Shown here in pieces: positions 27,901 to 40,977 of a stretch of 64,000 nucleotides of DNA. The stretch is from the NCBI GenBank assembly GCA_964016885.1, contig OZ024741.1, forward strand, positions 364,436,001 to 364,500,000, read 5' to 3'. Under the pieces are notes generated by a model. The model did no database searches and was not told where the DNA came from. It saw only the letters and a program-made list of their open reading frames with translations. Positions within the stretch are counted from its first letter, which is position 1. The number at the start of each line of letters is the position of its first letter. This DNA comes from Eledone cirrhosa. Taxonomy: Eukaryota. A program made the position numbers and the translations under genes.

Positions 27901-28298
27901 GGACGTTCCAAGAAAGGCCTCCAGACGCCGGAAGAAATCAGGCCGCCCTGCTCCTGTCGAGGCATAGACGGCCACTAGCCTGAAAGCTTGCCCGTCTCCG
28001 CTGTTCACGTCCAGCACCACCAACTTACCTTCTGGGTCCAGGAAGATGGCCCGTATGGCATGATCCAAACCTCTCCGAAAAAGCACAGCAGCTCTCCCCC
28101 CGATCCAGGACGGCTGAGAGATGCGTACACATCGTAGCCGCCAAAGATTGGTGCGAAGGCCCGTGCTTCAGAGATTCTGGTCTCACTGATGGCCACTGCA
28201 TCTATGTTTAGTGACCTGAGGTCGTTGAGCAGGTGGCTCTGCTTCCATGACGATCAAAAGCCACGCGCATTTATGCTGCCTATCCTGAGTGAGGTCAT
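24950..28298 (-). pseudogene. Tx1-like ORF2 (APE endonuclease, RT, C-terminal Cys/His zinc finger) broken by frameshifts and stops
   Basis: SINARG..AISET, SYLDRVF, YTDHK, GYWKLN, GKSPGVDGLP, NFRPITLLN, LDQSKAFDRVDH, SAYADDV, GGLGMP, CPRCAQGDETVLHALVQC spread over several frames. Confidence 0.92.
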
Positions 28299-28332
28299 GT
28301 TGAAAAGGAGTGGAAAAGATGTGAAAGACCAC

Positions 28333-30030
28333 TTACCTTACTTCTTGTAGAGGAAGGATGGTTTCTACATCCTTTTCACTGCTTGTGGCCTCCTCCAGAA
28401 GGATGTCCTTATAAATCCTCCTGGAGAGTGCTTGTCGGAAGTCTCCGATGTCTTTGGGGAATTTTTGTTTAGTGTCGTGTATGTTTTCTGTGTGATGCAA
28501 GTGATTTGTATGTGGGGAAGTGGTGTGAACTTTTGCGGTGTTGGTTAGTCTTTTTCTGTGATGCTGGTGTTGTGTTGGATGTAGTGTAATAATTGGTTGT
28601 TGTTCAAATTTAATGCTGTGTCGTGTGTATCGTTTTGGTTGTTTTGTTTTTTTGGGGTTTGTTGTGGGTTTGTTTCTGTTTCGCTTTTTGGTGACTTTTG
28701 TGGTGTTGGTGATGGTGGTGTTGGGGTTAATGATGGTGATGGTGTTGGTGTTTGTGGTGATGGGGTTGGTGATGCTGGTGTGGATGGTGGCATAGCTGTC
28801 CTAACTTTTTTGTTTGATAGTTTATTTGTTTCCCCCTGTATTTTGTTTTTGGAGGGGGAAGGAAGAGGATTTTTTCTTTTTTGGCTTCTTTTTCTTTTTT
28901 TCTTTTTTCCAGATACAGTTTCCCACTCCTCATCGTCACAATCTGTCTCCAGTTGCGATAGGTCGGGGAGTGGAAAATCCTCCACTGGCGTTGGTTTTGG
29001 TTGTGGCGTGGTGGATGGTGGAGGCGCTGGTGCTAGTTCTGGCGCGGTGGGTGGTGGTGGTGTTGGTTTTGCTACTGTTGCTGGGGTTGTTGCTGTTACA
29101 GTTGCTTCTGTTGTTGCTGCTACAGTTGTTGCTGCCATTTCTGCTGCTGGTGGTGTTGATGGTTGAGTCACTGGGGTGGGTAAGAGAGGTGGCCTCAACT
29201 TTTTAGCCTGAGGGCAGAAAGCCTTTAGGTGGGTTCCTTCACCACAAACGACACACCTAGGCCTTCTACCCTCGATGATTATGGTGAGGTAGCTGCCATC
29301 AGTGAGGTCTATTACCTCTGGGATTTCCTCAATGCTTTTTTGGTCTACTTGGATCAGGAGCTCCATCCCAGATCCGGACCAGTCCTCCTGCTTTTCTTTC
29401 GCTATTGCTATTATCTTGGTGTTGGCTTCAATGCTGGCGAGAACGGCAGTTATTAGCCAGGGAATTTCGATGGCCGGTGGAACGTGGGTCCCTCTGATCT
29501 TCACGAGTCTCTGGCCACAATAACTTGGGACGAGTGTGAAGTCATTGCTTCTTAATGGGGCCATGGAGTGCTCTCTGGCCTCTTGTGGTGTTCCAAAGAA
29601 CACGTCCACGGTTCCATATTTCGCATTTCTTGGCTGCTTTGGCAAACGACACATTTGCGGTGGTGTTGATGTTTTTGTTGTTGTTGCTGTTGTTGTTATT
29701 GTTATTTTTAGTCTCAGTTGTGGTGGTGGTGGCGTCAGTGGTGTTCGGTGTGGAAGAGTCGATTCTGGATTAATCCATTTCGATGTCACGAGATAATAAT
29801 TTATTTTTTTCTTTTGTTTCTGTTGTCGCTGTGGTGGGGGTGGCGGCTTTAACACCTGCAGTTTTTGGTAATGGCGGGAAATGAATGTCTGCATGAGACA
29901 AATTTAAATTATTGCTACTGCTTATATTTTTAGTGTTGGAAAACGTAGTAATATTTACAATGGTGGTATTGGTGTGAGGTGTTAATTTGTAAGGAAGGCT
30001 GTCAGCTTGGTGTAGCTGTGAGTCGTCCAT
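28333..30030 (-). pseudogene. Tx1-like ORF1 (gag-like, CCHC knuckle, Pro/Thr-rich and basic tail), disrupted
   Basis: RCVVCGEGTHLKAFC zinc knuckle and WETVSGKKKKRKR basic patch. Frameshift near 29800-29890 and stop at 28545; 3' end approximate. Confidence 0.8.
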
Positions 30031-30243
30031 GATTTTTTCAAAGAAATTTTTGTTTGATAATTATAAAAGTTTAAATTTTGGGCTCAAGGCCCCAATCTTT
30101 TTGAGTGTCCTTTTCCGAAAGCAATATATATGACCTTATAAACACTTAACAACAAAAATTTTCCATAAATGGCAATTTGAAACAACTGAAAACAACAAAC
30201 CTTTGCGGAGCTCACGATAATACGATATCCTACGTAGGTCGCC

Positions 30244-30287
<44 letters not shown>

Positions 30288-31431
30288 TTTTTTTAATGTT
30301 TTAGTATTTTGGATTTGATTCTCATTTGACCTTATTTTATGTGGCTCACATACTGCACCTGTTTTTCTCTTTTACTAGACAAATGTATTTGTTGTAGATA
30401 ATGATATTTCTTGAGCAGCCAAGTATTATTTAGAAGTTTTAAAACCTGTGGGTGTTCTCTCATTAATTTTTAATGCACAAACTGCAGCTATTCTCATTAA
30501 TGAAACAAAGCGAGAGAATGAGAGAGAAAACAAGAGACTAATAGAGAGAGAATTTTACTCTATCTTCATCTTTACAATTTGTTATCACTCAATTGATTTC
30601 TGATGCTTATTCCTTTTTATGGTGTTAATGAAATTTATCTTTTCTAGAAATTCAAAGCAATTTATTTTTATAAATTACAGTTGCAGCAGTTTATTTCAGA
30701 CTAGCGATATGCAATTCTTTGATTAAGTTGCATCTTCTGTTCATTGATAACAAATATTTATATTTCTGTTATATTTAATGTTTTCTTTCTAGAATGTATA
30801 ATGTTTTCCTCTTCATATTACAAACCAATTGCTTCAATTTATCCAGTTGATTGATTGACAATGATATCTCAGTTCAAATTGCTGTTTCTGGAATTAACCT
30901 TTATCTTTTAAAAGGTGGCAAATTGGCAGAGACATAAGGGTTTGAGATTAAATGCTTAGATATTTGTTCTGGCTTACTGTGCTCTGAGTTTAGGTTAAAT
31001 CCCACTGAGATCAACTTTGCCATTCAGGGTTGATAAATGAAATACCAGCCTATGGCAATGGATTGGCATAATTGTTAAAGATGGATGATATGCTTGTATG
31101 GATGTATGGCTCTGTGCATTTTGTGTTCAAATCCCACTTACTTCTGTTAGGAGATGTGTCCAACTGATAATATCATCAATGAAAAGACAAATAGAAACAT
31201 TTCCTTGGTCAGATCTAACAATCAGTTCTTTTCCTTTTTTCTTTATCTTTTAAAAGAATGTGACTCATCATAATTTGGTCAGTTCTTTATGGGTGTTTTG
31301 TTTATGTTTTTATAAGTTTTACAAAACCAGGAGGAGTATATTAAGCAGTAAGACAGCATTTATTGTGTGACTTCTGAATATTCTGTAAATTTGTTTCACC
31401 TAGCCCTTCATTTAAGCTAGAACAGTTTTAA

Positions 31432-31669
31432 CTCCTTTGTTACCATATTTCTAATGAAAAACACTACCTATAATTTTCAAATAATCTTTAAAATATTCAA
31501 GAATTTGGAAGGATTTAGTAAAATAATGAACTTTCTAAATGGTGTTTATGTAAGAAGATTCTTACCTAAAATTATGATGGAAAATTTTAGATAAATATAA
31601 ACACTTTAGAATAAACAGTTTTGTAATATAGAACCAGGGGTGGTTTCATATGGTTTGGTATCAAAAGGG
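31432..31669. mobile_element. piggyBac-type MITE family 2 with TTAA TSD
   Basis: TTAA|ctcctttgttacca ... tggtatcaaaaggg|TTAA. Confidence 0.8.
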
Positions 31670-32378
31670 TTAAATCAAGTAAGTCATTACGTAAAAAAAA
31701 AATATAAATATGACCTTTCGAAAATATTTGTAACAGTGTGCTAACATGAAATCTGAAACTGAAATAAAATGATACGGAATTCCAATTTGTAATTCTCTAT
31801 AATTTGCGATATTTATTTATAAAATCTCTGGGTCATACAGTGATCCAGACAGACAAAAAGAACAAACGGCAACTGTTTGTATATCATCAAGTAAAAAAAA
31901 AAAAAAAATTGAAATGAAATTTACAGCTCACACATATGCAGGTTTAGCTGGCTTTATATGAGAAGGTTTCTTAGGTGTTTTAATGATAGGGAACTCAGTC
32001 CTATCATAAAAAGCAATGTAAAATTGTTTTGCTCATTATCATTACATTTTCTATGTTATGTTATTTAAAAAAATAAGTATCATTATCCTCAGCACATCAT
32101 CATCATCATTGTCATCATTATCATTATCATCATCATTATCACCATCATCATTTTTATGTCAGCTTTACTATGCTAGCATGAGTTGAACAGGATTTTTTGT
32201 GCCAGTGTTTTACAGCCAGATGCAATTTCTGATGCCAACCCTTTTAGCCATGTTTTTTTCGACATGAAAGAATATTGTGTACTTAGTCAAAAAAACTGTG
32301 ATACACATGATACAATATTAAAAAAAATATAACAAATCTGTTAATAATATATAAAAACATTATTGATGGTTGAGCTTA

Positions 32379-32955
32379 TTGGATAATGATAGCCTGTGCA
32401 TCGGAGTTTCTCTGAGGCTCGGCCTCTGGATCTGTGTGTCACACAAATGTCACTGTGGATCCACTGTAGACTCTTTCGGCCTCCACCTGCTGTCCTGTTG
32501 ATACAATGCTGGCCGCCTTCCATGCCATGCTGTTCTCACTGAGCTCATAAAGCATAGCTTGGATGCTGCAGGCTTCCCCTCCGAACTCGAGCCAGCGGGC
32601 TGGACTAAGGGGACGGCAAAAGGCCAGACAGCATGACCATCTTCCTGTTCTGCTGTGGTAAACACCTCATCAGGGATGCCACATGCAGCGACACATTCTC
32701 TAGCAGCAACCTGGTGCAGTCTGCGACCTACCCGGGCTCTGCTGCACTCTGTGCTGAGGAGGGTAAATTCTCCAAATATCACTCGCTCTCCAAAAGGTTT
32801 GCAGTCTAGCCCGTAGCAGTGGAGACTTCTGGTGTCCTTGGCCCTCATCTCCCTATTTACCACCATCGACGCAGAGATGTTATAAAGTAGCTTATAAAAT
32901 AGGGTGAAGACCCTGAGAGATGGACAAAGAAGTTGCCATACTGATGACAACTTCT
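32379..32955 (+). mobile_element. Relic of a CRE-clade non-LTR retrotransposon: zinc finger plus restriction-like endonuclease
   Basis: Plus strand reads [46 protein letters not shown]...ELEPAG/GDGKRPDSMT...DATCSDTF...KFSKY...PVAVETSGVLG: the LRLG, CxC..H...C, RPD, D.T, K..KY, VET.G motifs of CRE RLE domains. Stops and one frameshift. Confidence 0.85.
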
Positions 32956-33066
32956 TTTTCTGCATCTCATCACATGAGCATATCACTCTTTATATTAACT
33001 ATATCCCCTCAGTACTTCATAAAAGTCTGAGAGATCGGCTACATATATACAATGTTTATATATATA

Positions 33067-33184
33067 TATTATAAGAACAGATAAAAGTCTAAGCAAAGAA
33101 TCTCTTTCACCCTTAATGGGATGTTCTGAAACTCAGAGTGAAAGCAGCGATTCTTTGCTTAAACTTTAATCTGTTCTTATAATA
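33067..33184. repeat. Inverted repeat, 36-bp arms (34/36), with an inner ctttcac/gtgaaag stem
   Basis: Direct comparison. A related half-copy lies at about 51340-51400. Confidence 0.85.
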
Positions 33185-33265
33185 AATATTTACTTTACGG
33201 GTTTTTATATATATATGTATATTTTATATATATATAATCCTTATTGAGCCCTCTTCAGATTTTAG

Positions 33266-33322
<57 letters not shown>

Positions 33323-34116
33323 GTTATTATATATATGCACACATGCATACGCGCACACACATATATATTTGTTTTTAAAACAAATTAAATTTCTGTTTGT
33401 GATGACCAGTGTATGACTTATCCCTCTTTTGAATCTTGATTAATAACATAAAATCCACTTGTTGTTTTTGTGTATATATATAAAGGAGAATGTGCCATTT
33501 GAATGTATAATGTGTAAACTAAGTTGCTTGAATTGCCTTATGCCTTATGCAGGCAGTCTTTGACTCGACACTCTTGCGAAACATGCTTCAATGCTCTTTG
33601 AGCTTATACATCTCTGTAAATAGTTCTCAGGTATATCCTTGAACAGACTAGCTATTTACAGAAAAGTGTTGCATTATTGTTTCTCCTGCAGAATAAGTAG
33701 AATTACTGGCAACTTCGAATAATCAATGAAATGTTGCTGCACCACAACAAGGTTGTTATTTTGCTGTATTGTCTCATCATAGCATGTCAATTGCATTTCT
33801 ATTCTATTCTAAGTATTAATGCCACACTAGTTGTTGTTCTAGTTGTTCATTTAATGTTTTGGTTAATGAAGTTGATCAGTATATATATAGGCTTTGATTG
33901 TTGTTGTTTATAGTTTTCCATTGATAAAATCACATCACAATGTACAATTCAAATGTTTTTTGCCCTCCCCTTACCATCATCTATTTAATATAAGGGAGCT
34001 TTTTTTGTCTACACTACATTGAGCTTCTCCCCCCCCCCTTCCCCATACACACACACACATACATATATACATACATATATATATATATACACACACATAC
34101 ATACACACACATACAT

Positions 34117-34149
<33 letters not shown>

Positions 34150-34290
34150 TGCATATATATGTGTATATATATACATATATATATATGTATGTATGTATTG
34201 TAGAGAGTACATAAAAATGATGGGGATGATGATGAACCCAGGATACACACACACACACACACACATGTATACACACACACACATATATAT

Positions 34291-34327
<37 letters not shown>

Positions 34328-34594
34328 GGTTAAATCTATACATATAAAATGTATATTGATTATGTTACTCAACAGAGAAAGCTCAATGAACATTAAGCTC
34401 AGAGCATAATTTATACAAATATAAACGATATACAAAAATTTTTTTCTACATATCTAGTTGAGAAAGAACTAGTATTATGTATATATATATATAGAATGAC
34501 AAATAATAAATGTACTGACTTAAAGAAAGAATGAAGCCAACATTGCCTATAGTTCACTTACATGGCTTATAACTGATTTAATGATTGGGATCAT

Positions 34595-35277
34595 ACCAGG
34601 AGGACTTGGGATGAGGGGATAAACGCCAACCTTGCCCAATTGCACCTCTCAAAGGCGATGACATAGGACCGAGATCTCTGACATTACGCAGTAATGCAGA
34701 AGACCTGACTTCTCACAGGCACAGGCTGAAGCTGAAGCATATACAGTATGCCCCACCGCACACTCCCATACATACCCCATAAGGACAGGCCAAAGTAAAT
34801 GCATCCAGTGAATCCCCCAGCCCACACTGCAAAGTGGTCATGATGGTGACACGGCAAAAAGTGCCCAGCCCACACTGTATAATGGTCGTGTTTGACAAAA
34901 AGCACCCAGCCCACACTGTAAAGTGGTTGTGTAGGTATCCTGACAAAAAGCACCTAGCCAACACTGTAAAGTGGTCGTGTAGGTATCATGACAAAAAGCA
35001 CCTAGCCAACACTGTAAAGTGGTCGTGTAGGCGTCACACCAACTGGTAACCAGTACTCATTGTAACGTGGTCATGTAGGTGTCACAACAAAAGGCACTCA
35101 GTACTCACTGTAAAATAAGTTGGTGTTAGTAAGGGCATCCAGCTGTAGAAACCAAGCCAGAATCAGTTCTGTATGAGCAAGACATAATCACCTGACCTAG
35201 CATTGCCCACAACAGGACAACACGTCTAACCCATGCTGGTGTGGAAGAATGAATGTATAATGGTGATGATGATGATG
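34595..35277 (+). mobile_element. 5'-truncated copy of the intact RTE family (ORF end, expanded 3' UTR repeats, GAT tail)
   Basis: PGGLGMR region aligns with 45540-45680 (acttgggatgagg.gataaa.gcc.acctt.cccaa.t.cacctctcaaag), followed by about 6 copies of the 45-nt UTR unit. Confidence 0.85.
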
Positions 35278-35496
35278 CTCAATCACCAATTATCAATCTT
35301 AGTCATAAGTATCATTAAGACCAAGGAACTCATTCATCAGTAATAAGGTCTTGCCTATATAACTCACTCTGCACATTAACTAGTTACATCATCATCACCG
35401 TTTAATGTCCATTTTCCATGCTTGCATGGGTTAGACGGGTCGTCCATGACATGAGATATGTCTGGCCAGATTGGCTGTACATCAGCTTTACATTTA

Positions 35497-37740
35497 CACA
35501 GAGCATACTAGGTACATTTTATTGTGGCACCAGCTCTACTCTATACAGAGTATACTAGGTGTATTTTATTGTGGCACCAGCTCTACTCTATACAGAGTAT
35601 ACTAGGTGTATTTTATTGTGGCACCAGCTCTACCTCTATACAGAGTATACTAGGTGTATTTTATTGTGACACTTACAGAGTATACTAGGTGTATTTTATT
35701 GTGGCACCAGCTCTACTCTATACAGAGTATACTAGGTACATTTTATTGTGGCACCAGCTCTACTCTATACAGAGTATACTAGGTTTATTTTATTGTGGCA
35801 CCAGCTCTACTCTATACAGAGTATACTAGGTACATTTTATTGTGGCACCAGCTCTACTCTATACAGAGTATACTAGGTGTATTTTATTGTGGCACCAGCT
35901 CTACTCTATACAGAGTATACTAGGTACATTTTATTGTGGCACCAACTCTACTCTATACAGAGTATACTAGGTACATTTTATTGTGGCACCAGCTCTACTC
36001 TATACAGAGTATACTAGGTGTATTTTATTGTGGCACCAGCTCTACTCTATACAGAGTATACTAGGTGTATTTTATTGTGGAACCAGCTCTACTCTATACA
36101 GAGTATACTAGATGTATTTTATTGTGGCACCAGCTCTACTCTATACAGAGTATACTAGGTGTATTTTATTGTGACACCAGCTCTACCTCTATACAGAGTA
36201 TACTAGGTACATTTTATTGTGGCACCAGCTCTACTCTATACAGAGTATACTAGGTACATTTTATTGTGGCACCAGCTCTACTCTATACAGAGTATACTAG
36301 GTGTATTTTATTGTGGCACCAGCTCTACTCTATACAGAGTATACTAGGTGTATTTTATTGTGGCACCAGCTCTACTCTATACAGAGTATACTAGGTGTAT
36401 TTTATTGTGGAACCAGCTCTACTCTATACAGAGTATACTAGATGTATTTTATTGTGGCACCAGCTCTACTCTATACAGAGTATACTAGGTGTATTTTATT
36501 GTGACACCAGCTCTACCTCTATACAGAGTATACTAGGTACATTTTATTGTGGCACCAGCTCTACTCTATACAGAGTATACTAGGTACATTTTATTGTGGC
36601 ACCAGCTCTACTCTATACAGAGTATACTAGGTGTATTTTATTGTGGCACCAGCTCTACTCTATACAGAGTATACTAGGTGTATTTTATTGTGGCACCAGC
36701 TCTACTCTATACAGAGTATACTAGGTGTATTTTATTGTGGCACCAGCTCTACTCTATACAGAGTATACTAGGTGTATTTTATTGTGGCACCAGCTCTACT
36801 CCATACAGAGTATACTAGGTGTATTTTATTGTGGCACCAGCTCTACTCTATACAGAGTATACTAGGTGTATTTTATTGTGGCACCAGCTCTACCTCTATA
36901 CAGAGTATACTAGGTGTATTTTATTGTGGCACCAGCTCTACTCTATACAGAGTATACTAGGTGTATTTTATTGTGGCATCAGCTCTACCTCTATACAGAG
37001 TATACTAGGTGTATTTTATTGTGGCACCAGCTCTACTCTATACAGAGTATACTAGGTACATTTTATTGTGGCATCAGCTCTACTCTATACAGAGTATACT
37101 AGGTGTATTTTATTGTGGCATCAGCTCTACCTCTATACAGAGTATACTAGGTGTATTTTATTGTGGCACCAGCTCTACTCTATATAGAGTATACTAGGTG
37201 TATTTTATTGTGGAACCAGCTCTACTCTATACAGAGTATACTAGGTGTATTTTATTGTGGCACCAGCTCTACCTCTATACAGAGTATACTAGGTGTATTT
37301 TATTGTGGCACCAGCTCTACTCTATACAGAGTATACTAGGTGTATTTTATTGTGGCACCAGCTCTACTCTATACAGAGTATACTAGGTGTATTTTATTGT
37401 GACACCAGCTCTACTCTATACAGAGTATACTAGGTCTATTTTATTGTGGCATCAGCTCTACCTCTATACAGAGTATACTAGGTGTATTTTATTGTGGCAC
37501 CAGCTCTACTCTATACAGAGTATACTAGGTACATTTTATTGTGGCACCAGCTCTACTCTATACAGAGTATACTAGGTGTATTTTATTGTGGCACCAGCTC
37601 TACTCTATACAGAGTATACTAGGTGTATTTTATTGTGGCACCAGCTCTACTCTATACAGAGTATACTAGGTGTATTTTATTGTGGCACCAGCTCTACTCT
37701 ATACAGAGTATACTAGGTGCATTTTATTGTGACACTAGCA
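35497..37740 (+). repeat. 47-bp minisatellite (TACAGAGTATACTAGGTGTATTTTATTGTGGCACCAGCTCTACTCTA), about 48 copies
   Basis: Periodicity seen directly, with 47- and 48-bp variants and no unique spacers. Confidence 0.97.
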
Positions 37741-39294
37741 CTATAGAGGTTGTCATATACTCTATATTGTATTACTCTATATTATTCATTATCATTTTGT
37801 CTTTACAGTTTTAATTTTTATATATAATAATTTATAGAAAGAAGGACATTTTTAAAAATGCCATTATAAAGTAAATTTCACTTAATTTTTATTCCCCATC
37901 AGTTTAAAATAATGGAGTCACTTTCAGTCTATAAAGTTATTCTATTTTTGTATTTAATTGAGTATCAAATATATATCTATTTTGTACCGCACTGCCTGAA
38001 ACTGTGCCTGGTTCTATGATACAAAAGAATATATTTTTATTCTCAATTTGTTCTGAAAGTTTAAAATATAATAGGTAATAGTTTATAAGAAACTTTGAAA
38101 AGTAAACAAAATTATAACACAATGTAGAATTCAAATGTTTGCTTTCCTTCACTATCATCTGTTCAATATAGTGGATTTTTCTTTTGTCTACAAATTTATT
38201 GTAGTTTCACATTACATTAATTTCAAAATATTTGCTCTGATACCAGTTTAGAATAGGTTTACCATGTCTCTATATGTTGTAAAAGGCAGCAGAAACATGT
38301 GTCAAAAAGGGCAGCTGGCTGTAATACATTGGTTCGAAAAGTACTCCATGATGCATACACGTCTTATCATGGGGCCTGCAAAGTTAACCACTGCTTTAGT
38401 AGAGAAGTTGTCTTTAAAACGCTTGTTGTGTTAAGTTCCAAAGGGAGATAATTATAATTACTTTTCATTTTAAATTTCTTCATATTTTATATATAATAAT
38501 TAATGATGAACTCTACATTTATTTCAGCTTAACATAAAATACAATCAGACCAATAATCAACAAAAACATCTTGGTTTGATTTAATTTTTATTTATTTGTG
38601 GAATATTTTCTTTTATTTTAATAATTAAAAAAATGACCAGGCTTAATTGGCAAATTCTTTTTTCTTAACATTTTTTATGTCCAAAGGTAACATGAACTCT
38701 TTTGTTACCAAATTTCTAATGACTGGAACTAGTACAAGAATATTTGAAATTATTATTCATTTTTATTCTTTTATATTTATAAAAAACTATTACCATAAAT
38801 TGCAGCTTATATGTTGAGCTTTTAAACCTGAAAATATTTCTCTCAAACTAAAGGTTAACATGTAGGGTGGAGATGTAATACAGATCTTTATGGCCATGTG
38901 GTAGACAAGTTTCACAGTAGGCTGCATGTAGTTGGTGACTTAACTAGCTGGTTGCTTACATCAATGATGTAAATGGTAAATAGGAGCAGTTAGATCATCC
39001 CTAGGATAGTGACCAATAAAAAATACGCTCAGCAGAATCTAACATATTTAAAAAAATTATTTTGGTTACCTAGGTAAGTGGGGGATGGGCGTGTTGCTAC
39101 TGTACTGACACTTTATTTCATGTTGCCCCAGTCCACTGAGCTGGAAAACATGAGTTGTAACTGTACTTCAAAAATCCAACTCACACTATCATGCTGAATT
39201 TTCCTGTGGAATTCTCAGATTCTTAAAATCAACTTGTCTGCTGTGTTGAATTATATCCCAGAAATTACTGTATGTGGTATATTAAAATTCACAT

Positions 39295-39618
39295 AGCCCA
39301 CACTGTAAAGTGGTCGTGATGGCAACATGACAAAAAGCGCCCAACCCACACTGTAAAGTGGTCATGTAGGCGCCATGACAAAAAGCACCCAGTACTCACT
39401 GTAAAATAGTTGTGTAGGCGCCATGACAAAAAGTACCCAGTACTCACTGTAAATGAGGTTTGGTGCTAGGAAGGGCATCCAGCTGTAGAAGCCAAGCCCA
39501 AATTAGTTCTGTATGAGCATGATATGGTCACCTGACCTTGAACTGATCACAACAGGATAACTCGTCTAACCCATACCAGCATGGAAAATGGACATTAAAC
39601 AGTGATGATGATGATGAT
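39295..39618 (+). mobile_element. RTE 3' UTR fragment with 45-nt repeats and GAT tail
   Basis: Matches 45720-45980. Opposite-orientation copies at 39899-40190, 40209-40650, 41578-41880. Confidence 0.8.
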
Positions 39619-40662
39619 TGAAAAAGAAAAAATTGTTTAGTTATTTCATAATATCTAAAAGTTAAATCTAATTTTAAAACATCTCAGTCTAAATTAGATT
39701 AATACCACATTTTTGAATTTCAAAAATATTATTTGAAACAAATAAAAATATGATAATTTATTTGTTTTCATGAAATAAGCAATTGTTATATTTATTTATT
39801 TAATTTTTGTTTTATGCATTTGTTAGTTGTTGCTATGCTGTGAACTTTATTATACATTAATTTTTAAATTTTCCTCTGGTAATCATATATATGATTATAT
39901 CATCATCACCGTTTTATGTTAATGTTTCCATGCTAGTATGGGTTAGATGGGTTGTCCGTTGTGAGCAATGCCAGGTCAAGTGACCATGTCTTGCTCATAG
40001 GACTGATTTTGGCTCAGTTTCTACTGCTGGATGCCCTTCCTAACACCAACCTCATTTACAATGAGTGCTGGGTGCTTTTATACCGTGGCGCCTACATGAC
40101 CACTTTACAGTGTGGACTATGTGCTTTTTGTCATGACACCTACACAACTACTTTACAGTGGGAGGGGCATGGGGGCATATTGTCTACATGCCCCTGTATA
40201 TATATATATCATCATCATTTAATGTCCATTTTTTCATACTAGCATGGGTTAGACGAGTTGTCCTGTTGTGAGACAAATTAGATCAGATGACCATGTCTTG
40301 CTCATAAAGAGCTGTTTCTGGCTTGGTTTCTATGGCTGGATGCCCTTCCTAATGCCAACCACATTTACAGTGTAGTCTAGGTGCTTTTTTTCATGACCAC
40401 TTTACAGTATGGATTCTGGTGCTTTTTGTCATGTCACCAAGGTTGGGGTTGGATGCTTTTTGTTGTGTCACCACTATGATCACTTTATAGGGTGGACTAG
40501 GCGTTTATTGTCACGTTGCTACCACAACCACTCCAGGGTGGACTGGGTACTTTTGTCATGTCACCAACCGAACCACTCCACAGAACAGTCTGGGTGCCTC
40601 CTGTTGTGTCACCAACATGGCCACCTTATAAAGTGGACTGAGTTCTTATTTGTCATGTTTCC

Positions 40663-40977
40663 ATAAGTGACCATGGGATTTGCACCTAGAAAGTTGTCCT
40701 CTGAGGCACAAGTCTGGACAAAGTTGTTTGTGGAAGACCAGCAGTAACCCATGCATACCAGTCTCCCTTCTCCACGCCACCAATGTTGTCCAAGGGAAAG
40801 GCAATGGCCAATACAGCTTGGCATTAGTGACATCGCAACCTATTCTACAGCTGAGTAAACTGGAACAATGTGAAATAAAGTGTCTTGCTCAAGAGCACAA
40901 CACACAGCCCAGTCCAGGAATTGAACTCACAACCTCACAATTGTAAGCTCGATGCTCTAACCACTAAGCCATGCACC
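40663..40977 (-). mobile_element. tRNA-derived CORE-like SINE (same family as 22-325)
   Basis: Reverse complement of 22-325 along its length. Confidence 0.8.

Larger units (their letters stand above)
24699..30243 (-). mobile_element. Near full-length L1/Tx1-clade LINE, inactivated, flanked by (AAT)n
   Basis: Two-ORF layout, AATAAA at the 3' end, (AAT)11 at 24666-24698 and (AAT)14 at 30244-30285. Confidence 0.9.

Noticed and set aside
28597-29166. Gly/Val-rich 189-aa plus-strand ORF
   Set aside because: Antisense to the Pro/Thr-rich part of the Tx1 ORF1.
32450-32986. 178-aa minus-strand ORF as a novel gene
   Set aside because: It is the antisense shadow of the plus-strand CRE endonuclease relic.
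35497-37740. Possible CRISPR array
   Set aside because: Units are contiguous with no unique spacers, there are no cas genes, the context is eukaryotic, and the unit derives from a local SINE.
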